Assembly: GCA_963751455.1 (NCBI GenBank) | Contig: CAVVUN010000002.1 | Coordinates: 416,001 to 480,000 of the forward strand | Length of the DNA stretch: 64,000 nt | From: Nitrospirota bacterium | GTDB lineage: Bacteria; Nitrospirota; UBA9217 | Direction of reading: 5' to 3' | Shown here: piece after piece, positions 18,188 through 26,484 of the stretch | Layout of the letters: each line of letters starts with the position of its first letter | How positions within the stretch are numbered: position 1 is the stretch's first letter | Notes under the pieces: generated by a model | What the model was told of the DNA's origin: nothing | Seen by the model: the letters and a program-made list of their open reading frames with translations, nothing else | Databases searched by the model: none | Made by a program: the position numbers and the translations under genes

Positions 18188-19020
18188 TCATGTTGACAGA
18201 TTTCCCTCTAATCTAGCCAATAGCGCTCGAACCTTTATGTCTTTATTCACTTTTTCATATAATCGCTTTCGCTCCTGGCTGACCGTGACATAGTCAACTG
18301 CAAATATCTGCCCGATCTGCGGACCTTTTAGTCCTCCTGCCCGGTACAGCAATTCCATTACGATTCGACGTAAGTCACCTTTTTCGATCTTGATGGCTTC
18401 GATATCCTTACCTGTTTCTTTTTTGACTTCTTTAAAAACCTCTTCTGTTGACCTATGACGATATATCTCACCTACTGCCGGCCGCTCCCGGTCATTGGCT
18501 GCCTCTATGTAATTCTCCTTCACCCATGCAATAAACCCCTCTCCCCCCAGAATGCTTTGCCCAATCATGCTTTCTTTAAGCTCTGACTCTTGGGTCATCT
18601 CTGCATAGATCCGCTTCTTATATTCTTTTCGACCCCGATACGTATCTCCACCGTATTCTCCTAGCACCATGGAGTAATCAACGTACCATTCCTTCTTTCT
18701 CGTACTTAAAAAGCCTGGAAGGCTGCTCCACCGATAACGAATAAGATATTTGATTTTCTCCGGTTCCGAAAGTTTTTTCATGGCTTTTATTTTAACCGGA
18801 TTCAAGTGAATGTAGCGGGACAGAACGGAAAGATATTCGTTTCTCTCAACAAGAACGCTCTTGTACCTGCCTTGGTACAGGTGTCCTACGCGGTCGTGGC
18901 GTCGATTGTAATAACCAGTATAGGTTATATTGAACTTGCGCATGAATTCGGAAAGGTTGGCTTTTGGTGTTTCGAGAAGCAGATGGAAATGGTTGGACAT
19001 AAAAACGTAACTGTAAGGCG
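18188..19020 (-). pseudogene. 5'-truncated Y1/RAYT-like transposase with C-terminal HTH
   Basis: MSNHFHLL (HUH), GHLYQGRYKS, RYIHLNPVK, YRWSS. Confidence 0.85.
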
Positions 19021-19031
19021 CGGCTCCTTCC

Positions 19032-19263
19032 GGGGTCGGACCACGCTAAAGTCCTGGTTTTCAAATGATATCGTTCCAATAATAGGCATTTTCGAGGCTT
19101 AAAGCCGCCTTTTCAGGCCCGAAAAGCGGTTTGTAAGACGCAGCATCCTCTCGTAGCGCATAACTGCCATCTGTTCCGTACACATCACGGCCCTTGGCCT
19201 TGATTCCAAGCTTCTCTCTTGTAAAGTTTACGAATAACTCGCTGCCTACGGCAATACTCTCGG
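19032..19263 (-). mobile_element. 3' remnant of a second Y1 element (same family as 14921-15283)
   Basis: ESIAVGSE.FV..YALRE..LSLENAYYWNDII; about 65 bp nearly identical to 14921-14987; end GGGGTCGGACCACGCTAAA. Confidence 0.75.
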
Positions 19264-19572
19264 ATGTGCTACTGGAAACAGTGGCGCAGAACAAGGAAGC
19301 GGGTCAGAGAGCTGCTGAAACTCGGCGTGAGCAAGGATAACGCGATATCGGTGGGAATGAGCAGGAAGGGGTACTGGCATCTTGCGAAGACCGAGGCCAT
19401 GAACGTCGGCCTGTCAAATGCATATCTCAAAAGACAAGGGCTTACATCAATCAGAACACTGTGGATCAAGATTTACTATCCGGCTACGGCCCGATAATTT
19501 TCCGCGAATCGCCCGGTGCGGACCCGCACGCCGGGTGGTGTGTGGGGAGGGGCGGCTAAAGACCGCCCCTTA

Positions 19573-21406
19573 GTGCGCCTGAAAGTGCGCAAAGTCAGAG
19601 GGGTGCAAGTCCCCTTCAGGTAGACGTTCACCTGCCTGTAACCGACCGTAACTGCGTCGTCGTGAGACGGGGTGGAGAGCAACGGAAGGTGAACCGTCAG
19701 TCCGTAGGATAACGAAATCGATTCGGCCGGTTGTAACGGCGAGCCTGCTGAGGAATGGCGAAGCCCGGACTCTTCGGAAGAAGAGAAGCCTGTCACGCTG
19801 ATGAGCGTGTTAAAGCGATGACAGGGAGCAACAGGTGGTTGGATACGGAACGATGGGAAGTCATTGCACATGAATCAGGGATATCTGTTCCGGCGAGTGA
19901 CCGTGAACAGAAGTCAGAACCTCCATACGAGCGATGAAGCGCTTGTAATGAGCGTGGAGCAAAGGGAGGCAGGAAGGTAGATGAGCAAAGACCATACAGA
20001 GGGAAAGAAACCGACTTCAGTGGAGAATACGCCTAAACCAGTCGGAGAAACAAAAGCCCAACAATGGGCATGGGTGGAACCCACGGTATGGACGGAGCGC
20101 ATGCTGACGGCCCTCGGCAACGGGGTGAAAGGAGGCAGATGGTATAGTTTGATGGATAAGGTACACTCCCCAGGCAATCTCCAAGCCGCGTGGGCGCGAG
20201 TGCGCGCCAACGGTGGAGCAGCAGGAGTGGACCGCCAAAGCATCTCGGCATTTCAAACCAACGCAGAGAAGCATCTGGACGAACTCGAAGAACGCTTAAA
20301 AGGGAACAGGTACCAAACCCAAGCAGTCAAGCGAGTATGGATACCCAAGCCCGGCAGCACCGAAAAGCGTCCGCTCGGCATTCCGGTCGTCAAAGACCGG
20401 ATCGTCCAGACAGCGCTCAGAAACGTCATCGAACCGATATACGAGAACATCTTCGCTGAACAGAGCTACGGCTTTCGACCGGGGCGCGGCTGCAAAGATG
20501 CGCTCCGGCGCGTAGACGAACTTTTGAAGACAGGCTCCACGTGGGTTGTGGACGCTGACATCAAGAGCTACTTTGACAGCATACCCCATGACAAACTCAT
20601 GCGGGAAGTCGAAGAACAGGTGGCGGATGGAAAGGTGCTGGAACTGATAGCCGGATACCTGAAACAGGGGATCATGGACGGACTCACCGAGTGGGAGCCG
20701 GACAAGGGAACTCCGCAGGGCGCGGTCATCAGTCCTCTCCTGGCCAACATATACCTGAATAAAATCGATCATGCGATGCGGGCCAAAGGTTACGAGATGG
20801 TCAGATACGCCGACGATTTCGTCATCCTTTGTCGCGGTGAAGCCGAAGCGCAGCAGGCGCTCGCCACAGTCAGGGACCTTATCGAAGAACGAGGTCTTAC
20901 GCTTCATCCGGAGAAAACCCGGATAGCCGATGCCAAAGAGCGAGGAGGTTTCGACTTTCTCGGATATCACTTCGAGCGCGGCATGCGGTGGCCGCGTAAG
21001 AAGAGTCTCAACAAGCTTAAAGACACTCTTCGCAAGAAGACGATGCGGAAATCGGGCGTGGATATGGCGACCATCATTAAGGACGTTAACAAAAGCCTAC
21101 GAGGTTGGTTTGAATACTTCAAGCAAAGTCACAGGACGACGTTTCCACGAATAGACAGTTGGCTGCGCATGAGATTGCGGAGCATTCTACGGAAGCGTCA
21201 GAAGCGAAGAGGAAGAGGCCGGGGCGCAGATCATCAACGATGGCCGAATGCCTACTTTAGCACTCAAGGACTGTTCACTCTTACAACAGCCCATGAGATA
21301 GCTCGTCAGTCCCGTTGAGGGGCACTGCCGACTGGAGAGCCGGATGCGGGAGATCCGCACGTCCGGTTCGGAGGGAGGGGAGGCCGCAAGCCTTCCCTAC
21401 CCCTAT
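19573..21406 (+). mobile_element. complete group II intron (non-IIC, probably bacterial class E), inner member of the twintron
   Basis: 5' GTGCG; DV gagagccggatgcg..cgcacgtccggttc (AGC triad); DVI ending ACCCCTAT. Confidence 0.9.
19981..21318 (+). CDS. ltrA: group II intron reverse transcriptase/maturase, no endonuclease domain
   Basis: RPLGIP..DR..Q, SYGFRPGR, DADIKSYFD, GTPQGAVISPLLANIYL, YADD, FDFLG. Confidence 0.95.
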   Translation: MSKDHTEGKKPTSVENTPKPVGETKAQQWAWVEPTVWTERMLTALGNGVKGGRWYSLMDKVHSPGNLQAAWARVRANGGAAGVDRQSISAFQTNAEKHLDELEERLKGNRYQTQAVKRVWIPKPGSTEKRPLGIPVVKDRIVQTALRNVIEPIYENIFAEQSYGFRPGRGCKDALRRVDELLKTGSTWVVDADIKSYFDSIPHDKLMREVEEQVADGKVLELIAGYLKQGIMDGLTEWEPDKGTPQGAVISPLLANIYLNKIDHAMRAKGYEMVRYADDFVILCRGEAEAQQALATVRDLIEERGLTLHPEKTRIADAKERGGFDFLGYHFERGMRWPRKKSLNKLKDTLRKKTMRKSGVDMATIIKDVNKSLRGWFEYFKQSHRTTFPRIDSWLRMRLRSILRKRQKRRGRGRGADHQRWPNAYFSTQGLFTLTTAHEIARQSR

Positions 21407-21437
21407 CCCGATTGGAAGTACGGTATTCCCAATTTTA

Positions 21438-24194
21438 CTACTCTTTGTGAGATCCTGTAGGATCGCTCTTCTTCATGATGTCCTTCAGGAACCCCTCTGC
21501 TTCTGCGGACCTGCCGTTCTTCATCATGACCAGCGCCTTGATCGAGTTCCTTGCCATGTAATCGCGGATCATAAGGATCGGCACCATGGGCGGATGCTTC
21601 CCCATATCTCCTTCGGGCGTTGCATCGTACTTTCCGTTGATGATCTCCTCGCGGGTCCTGTCCAGCTGCTCGTACCACGCCCTCTTGTCAGCCGGCAGCG
21701 CCTTGAACCAGGCGCTTTTCGAACGCGGATAATTGCGATAGTGGTCCCTGATCGCCGTGAAGGTGACGATGGCGCGCTTCCTCTGCTCGGCTGAATACTT
21801 CGGCATTGAGAACTCTCCCATCTCGGCAAGGATCTCGTCGAGGATGAATTCCTGCAACTGCACCGCGTCATCGGTCTTCTTGTCGCCAAGGAACTTGACC
21901 GTCTTGCCGGTAGTTTCGAGCAAATACCCCCGATAGGCTATCATCGCCTGGCTGGCCGTCTCGTTCTGGAGCAGTGTTTGAGGGATGCCTTCCGGCGTCT
22001 TTTCCTCGTTCCCGATGAAGTTGAATTCCCGAGCGCCCGCCTTCTGTAGAATGTCAATTATCTCCGCATTATTGATGTAGCGTGCGCGGCCGAGCGGCGT
22101 TCTATTCTCGCCCTTGATCAGTCGGTTGAGATCGACACCCTTGGTCCCCGCCAACAGCCGGACCATCTCCGGCCTGTTCTGGTTGATATTATGGACCAGC
22201 GGTGTTTCGCCGTACTCGTCCTCCCGGTTAAGGTCTGGACGACGCGACAGGATCTTCTGCGCCAGATCGAGCCCGTATTTGCCCATCCCGGAGTTGTACC
22301 AGCCCATATGCACCAGTGTCTCGCCCTTGTAGTAGGGAACGTTGACGTCGATCTCCTCGCGGTCCAGAAGCATCATGGCGATCTCATACCCGTAGCGCAA
22401 TCGGGAGTGGCGAATGGCCCTATTCAGGTAGTCCCCCGCCGCTGTCCGCTTGTTCACGTCCAGATCGGACCGCGCAAGGAAGAGCTTGACGATTTCAGGC
22501 TGGTCTTGTTCGATCGCCAGGACCATGGGCGTTATCCCCTCCCCGTCCTCCTTGTTGATGTCGATGTCCTTACGCGCGGCCAGGAGCTTCACGAGCTCGA
22601 TATTGGCCGGGTCCGAGGACAGGCGTCCGGGCTTTGGCTCGAACGCGGCATGCAGCAGCGTCTTTCCGTCCTTTGTGACCGTATCCGTCCGCGCCTTCCG
22701 CTCCAGCAGCACCGCGACGCTCTTCTGATCGCCGAGAGCGACAGCGTGGTACAGGGCCGTCCTGCCGTGCTCGTCAACCGCATCCAGGTTCAGGCCCGGA
22801 GCGCCGAACAGCTCAGCCGCGATGTCTACCCGGTGGTTCTGAAGCGCGCGCATGAGCGGTGTCGCTCTCTCCTTGCCCGGCAGGTTCACGTCGATCGCGG
22901 GACCCGCCAATTTATGAGACCTCTGAAGATGATCGTAAAGCGCCTCTTCACCTATGGCCCAGAAGCGTGACAGCGCCTTCACAAAAAGATAATTGTTATC
23001 CTTGTGCAATATCTTTGGCTTGAAGTAGTTATCGTATTTAAGCTTATCCTGCCAGACAGCAGTGGGAAACACCTGATTCTCCCCGGAAAGATCGGGCGCC
23101 AGTTCATAATTCGATAATTTTTTATGCTCGATATATTTCCCGGAGAGAAGGTCGATCATGTCGCAGCCGTTGGTTTTCACAAAGCAGATCTTGTCGTCCA
23201 GAAACTCGACAAAGCGGTATCTGCCGTTCCTGTCGTAGTCCCCTGAATGCGTCTGCACATGCCGGTGGTAATTCCACAATACAGTACCTTTGGAATCGAA
23301 TGCAAGCAGATAGACTTCCTCGCCCTCTGATTCGTAAAAATTCTTGCCGAAAAAGACCATATTGTTGTAGGACAATACGCCTGTTGTCGAGTAATTGAAT
23401 TGCCTGGCTATCGGTATATTGAGCTTCTTTTCCAGATCCTCCATGGCTACGGTCTTGATCAGGCGGCCCGTATCGATCTGCAGGAAAGAGAGGACATTAT
23501 TTTCCCCAACCACAAGCGTGTCATCCGTCACCGTGTAGCCGTTATAATTGATAAACTGGTCCGTAGTGGTCTTTCCCGGTATTTTATAGGAAAGTATCTC
23601 TCTGCCTGTCCACTTGTCAATGGCGCTGAAAACATCCGGGGCGTCTTTCATACGTTTTAGAAAATAGAGGCGGTCCCGGCCAAAGATCGGCTCTCCCCGG
23701 TCAATTTCCCTGTTCCACAGGACCTCGGGATTCTTGACAGGGGCAAACGGACCTTTCTTCTTCGAGGATTTAATTTCGGTATTTTCCGGCTCTCGCCACG
23801 TAAACTGATCCTTCACCTGCGGCATGAACGGCAGATCGCTTTTCAGGAACAGGACAGATTGCGTGTGCTTTTCGTTGTAGCGGTTCTTCGCTACCATGTA
23901 GATCATGTCGGGAGATAACTGCACGATGTGATGAAGCTCCGATTCGACAGTCTCGTAGGGCTCCTCGATGCTTACGACAGGGGCTGCCGATCTGTCAAGG
24001 ATGACGATCCGGTCATTTGCCTTGCTTACCTGGGAAATGGTCGAATCCTTTATCTCGCCCGTGACCAGGGCGATGAGCACGTTTCCCCAGAGTGGCCTGA
24101 CATACTGGACATCTCCCTGGGCCACCATTTCCGAACCGAAGGACACGAAGAAGCCCGAACCGTTTCTTCCTCTGACCGAGGAAGTTCCTTCCAT
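21438..24194 (-). CDS. beta-propeller-like plus ankyrin-repeat protein; probably the 3' part of a 21438-24800 read-through gene
   Basis: ankyrin motifs TPLMRA, GRTALYHA, GKTLLHAA, GITPMVLA, GETPL; same frame as the upstream YARHG ORF. Confidence 0.85.
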   Translation of the reverse strand: MEGTSSVRGRNGSGFFVSFGSEMVAQGDVQYVRPLWGNVLIALVTGEIKDSTISQVSKANDRIVILDRSAAPVVSIEEPYETVESELHHIVQLSPDMIYMVAKNRYNEKHTQSVLFLKSDLPFMPQVKDQFTWREPENTEIKSSKKKGPFAPVKNPEVLWNREIDRGEPIFGRDRLYFLKRMKDAPDVFSAIDKWTGREILSYKIPGKTTTDQFINYNGYTVTDDTLVVGENNVLSFLQIDTGRLIKTVAMEDLEKKLNIPIARQFNYSTTGVLSYNNMVFFGKNFYESEGEEVYLLAFDSKGTVLWNYHRHVQTHSGDYDRNGRYRFVEFLDDKICFVKTNGCDMIDLLSGKYIEHKKLSNYELAPDLSGENQVFPTAVWQDKLKYDNYFKPKILHKDNNYLFVKALSRFWAIGEEALYDHLQRSHKLAGPAIDVNLPGKERATPLMRALQNHRVDIAAELFGAPGLNLDAVDEHGRTALYHAVALGDQKSVAVLLERKARTDTVTKDGKTLLHAAFEPKPGRLSSDPANIELVKLLAARKDIDINKEDGEGITPMVLAIEQDQPEIVKLFLARSDLDVNKRTAAGDYLNRAIRHSRLRYGYEIAMMLLDREEIDVNVPYYKGETLVHMGWYNSGMGKYGLDLAQKILSRRPDLNREDEYGETPLVHNINQNRPEMVRLLAGTKGVDLNRLIKGENRTPLGRARYINNAEIIDILQKAGAREFNFIGNEEKTPEGIPQTLLQNETASQAMIAYRGYLLETTGKTVKFLGDKKTDDAVQLQEFILDEILAEMGEFSMPKYSAEQRKRAIVTFTAIRDHYRNYPRSKSAWFKALPADKRAWYEQLDRTREEIINGKYDATPEGDMGKHPPMVPILMIRDYMARNSIKALVMMKNGRSAEAEGFLKDIMKKSDPTGSHKE

Positions 24195-24203
24195 AACGCC
24201 TCA
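24161..24203 (-). promoter_or_regulatory. candidate bacterial SECIS after an in-frame TGA
   Basis: TGA GG CGTT ATGGAAGGAA CTTCCTC GGTCA GAGGAAG A AACG. Confidence 0.55.
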
Positions 24204-24800
24204 GCATCCCGTATAATTTCTCGTTATGCTGATTCCCATGTCAGGCAGGCTGACCGGTCCTTCTCCTTCATTCGGAAACTGGATCTGCTCGCCCAGTTGC
24301 TCGTGGTTGTGGTACTTGACGAATTCAACGCGCCCAAGGGCTTCAATATTTCCTTTTTCAACTGCGGTGAGGCTCGCCTCCGTGAATCCCGGATCAGGTT
24401 TGTACCAGGACTGCGACGTAAAATAAGAGAACAGGTCTGCGGAAGAGAATGTCCTGCCGTGCTGCGCATAGATCTCGTTGCGTAGCAGTCTCAGGCGCGG
24501 GTAATCAAGCAGGATCAGTCGCCATAGCTCGAGCCGACGCTGCAGTTGTCCCCGGAGATATTGATAAACCGCCTCTTGTTCCTGTTCTTCCAAGCCGCCT
24601 ATTTTTACATAAACAGGTCCCCTCGCCTCAAGGGCTTTCAGGGCTTCCTGGACATACGTGTGCAGTTTTTGATTCGAATCAATAGGTTCAGACTGAGAAG
24701 CAAAAGCAGGGGAAGGATAAGTAAGGAAGGAAAACATTGCCGGCACACATATGATCAAGCACAACCAGATATGCAACACACTAAGCGATCTAGATAACAT
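24201..24800 (-). CDS. exported YARHG-domain protein; probably the 5' part of the read-through gene
   Basis: signal peptide; LRLLRNEIYAQHGRTF..LFSYF..QSWY..LTAVEKGNI; GGAGG RBS. Confidence 0.85.
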   Translation of the reverse strand: MLSRSLSVLHIWLCLIICVPAMFSFLTYPSPAFASQSEPIDSNQKLHTYVQEALKALEARGPVYVKIGGLEEQEQEAVYQYLRGQLQRRLELWRLILLDYPRLRLLRNEIYAQHGRTFSSADLFSYFTSQSWYKPDPGFTEASLTAVEKGNIEALGRVEFVKYHNHEQLGEQIQFPNEGEGPVSLPDMGISITRNYTGC

Positions 24801-24853
24801 GACACCTCCGTAAGTTTGAGTGTGGAGATCTTAGGATATCATACTTATGCCTC

Positions 24854-24912
24854 TACGAACGACGAGCTGAGCCCCGCGCCGTAGAGCGCGGGACTCGAAC
24901 GACTTGTTAAGT
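24854..24912 (-). other. attC site
   Basis: top strand ACTTAAC ..gagtcccgcgc tctacg gcgcggggctc.. GTTCGTA; upstream stop codon overlaps R''. Confidence 0.75.
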
Positions 24913-25635
24913 TTCGAGCATCTTATAGGCAGTTTTCACAAAATAAACTGGATTTCGTTCCCAGAGGCCTTTTTTATTTACCTTGTCGATTGATATTATC
25001 TGGGGTTGTGTAAAATGAAAGTGCATTACATATTTCTTTTGAAAATACTTCCCGATGGGGTATCGCATGAGAAAGTAAAATGTTGCGTTTGCGAGTAATA
25101 CCCAAAAAATAGTAAGCGCCACTAGATCTACTAAAACAAATATGACAAGGGTAATCGATAACAATATAAAGGAGACGCCTCCGAGTATATGGGTGTTTGA
25201 ACCGCAATATTTCGAAAGAACTGCAGCGGATTCTCCTCGTTCAAGATATGAAGATAGTTCGTCAAGGGCACTTTTAATTTCTTTTTGTGATTGTATATCA
25301 CCATATATTCGAAAGCCATTGTCGAAAGATCGACCTCCAATTCTGCATTTGTTTTCCGCGCGCTCTTTCAAGAAATGAATCGTGCCATGCTCCAGAACAT
25401 GATTAATTTTCGTCATCAGGCTCATTTCCGAAACTCTAAATAAAAAGGTGAGAAAAGGCAAATAGAAGAATAAGAGGAATATGAAGAGTAAGGGTAATGT
25501 CATCGCATAAAGCAGGAAGGCTTGATTTTTCATTAATCCAAACACGGCAACTATTAAAAAATAAAGGAAATAGACGATAGATGGGTTAAAAACATATTTG
25601 CTAAGGAATCTTCTAATTTTTTTCTCATCCATCAT
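24907..25635 (-). CDS. membrane protein (DUF6391-like) cassette gene
   Basis: AT-rich, 4 TM, NHVLEHGTIH and CGSN motifs. Confidence 0.65.
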   Translation of the reverse strand: MMDEKKIRRFLSKYVFNPSIVYFLYFLIVAVFGLMKNQAFLLYAMTLPLLFIFLLFFYLPFLTFLFRVSEMSLMTKINHVLEHGTIHFLKERAENKCRIGGRSFDNGFRIYGDIQSQKEIKSALDELSSYLERGESAAVLSKYCGSNTHILGGVSFILLSITLVIFVLVDLVALTIFWVLLANATFYFLMRYPIGKYFQKKYVMHFHFTQPQIISIDKVNKKGLWERNPVYFVKTAYKMLET

Positions 25636-25644
25636 ATGTTTTCC

Positions 25645-25730
25645 TAGATTAATGGGGCGGTAAGTCGCGGCCCCGAAGGGGCGACGATCTTGACTGCCTG
25701 GATCTCCCCGAGCGTAGCGAGGGGTTAGGC
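25645..25730 (-). other. degenerate attC-like site
   Basis: R'' GCCTAAC, hairpin ggcagtcaag..gcccc ttc ggggc..cttaccgcc; R' not canonical. Confidence 0.45.
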
Positions 25731-25836
25731 AGTCTCGTGAGTTACCGCCGCAATAGTCTTTATTCCCCGGTTTCTATTACGGCGTTATTTGCGCTAGTTA
25801 TTGCTTGTTTACTTTATATAATTTCAGAGATCGTAC

Positions 25837-26412
25837 TTATTTTTTATCTCCGCCAAAAAGAGAATCGCCCCAGGTTGCATGGTCTGACCAATTCGTACCC
25901 ACAGGATCCACTTCGAGTCTTAACCGCTTCGCGCCTTTGGGAATGGGGATTCGGGGTGTTGTTAACGCCTGCGGACCCGAGACAGTACCTTCCCAAACCA
26001 GGCTGCTGTCTATGAAGATGCGTCCGGTGACATTACCATAGCTAGTTGGATAGGTGTCCTGTCGAGCAAGACCGAACACCGTCTGGAAATACTTGGCTCC
26101 CGGCGGGACCTTGAATTCCGCATAGGCAATTTCTTTTTCAGGAGGATGCATACCCACAGCATGTTCATAGCGAATGTTGTCGATCCACACTTCCGGCTGC
26201 CAGTACACTCTGCCCCATTGAATGTTGCCGTGGATATTCGCCTGAGCGAGCAGCGTGTTCTGATTCGCGTCCAGATAGAATGGGTCAGGGTCAAGCCGGG
26301 TAGCGCAACCTGGCAACATGACTAAGACGATTATGATCATAGCTGCAACGGTGCTTGTTCGGGTCGCGACACAGGTATAATTCGAGAACATTGACAAGCA
26401 TGATCCATTCAT
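25837..26412 (-). CDS. lipoprotein with NPCBM/NEW2-like carbohydrate-binding domain (cassette)
   Basis: lipobox LPGC; GMHP, GAKRLRLEVDPVG.NWSDHATWGD. Confidence 0.75.
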   Translation of the reverse strand: MNGSCLSMFSNYTCVATRTSTVAAMIIIVLVMLPGCATRLDPDPFYLDANQNTLLAQANIHGNIQWGRVYWQPEVWIDNIRYEHAVGMHPPEKEIAYAEFKVPPGAKYFQTVFGLARQDTYPTSYGNVTGRIFIDSSLVWEGTVSGPQALTTPRIPIPKGAKRLRLEVDPVGTNWSDHATWGDSLFGGDKK

Positions 26413-26423
26413 ATGAGCAACTC

Positions 26424-26484
26424 CTAGAACACGCGAGTGACCTGCCGGGCAGCTTCATCGCCCGGCCTGTGTCGAATCGCTGGT
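26424..26484 (-). other. attC site interrupted by an intron (completed at 28595-28599)
   Basis: plus strand CTAGAAC..gccgggc agcttcatc gcccggc..TGGT | intron | TAGAAA restores GTTAGAA. Confidence 0.75.

Larger units (their letters stand above)
19260..21412 (+). mobile_element. 5'-truncated group IIC(-attC) intron, outer member of a twintron
   Basis: IEP C-terminus 19264-19497 paralogous to 27251-28516; DV/DVI at about 19506-19572; last 6 nt CCCGAT at 21407-21412, then TGGAAG (attC R''). Confidence 0.88.

Noticed and set aside
26469-26484. GTGTCG as the intron 5' end
   Set aside because: These bases are needed to complete the attC hairpin. A start at 26485 restores GT/TAGAAA and matches the IIC-like GTRCGCCCGGCA start.
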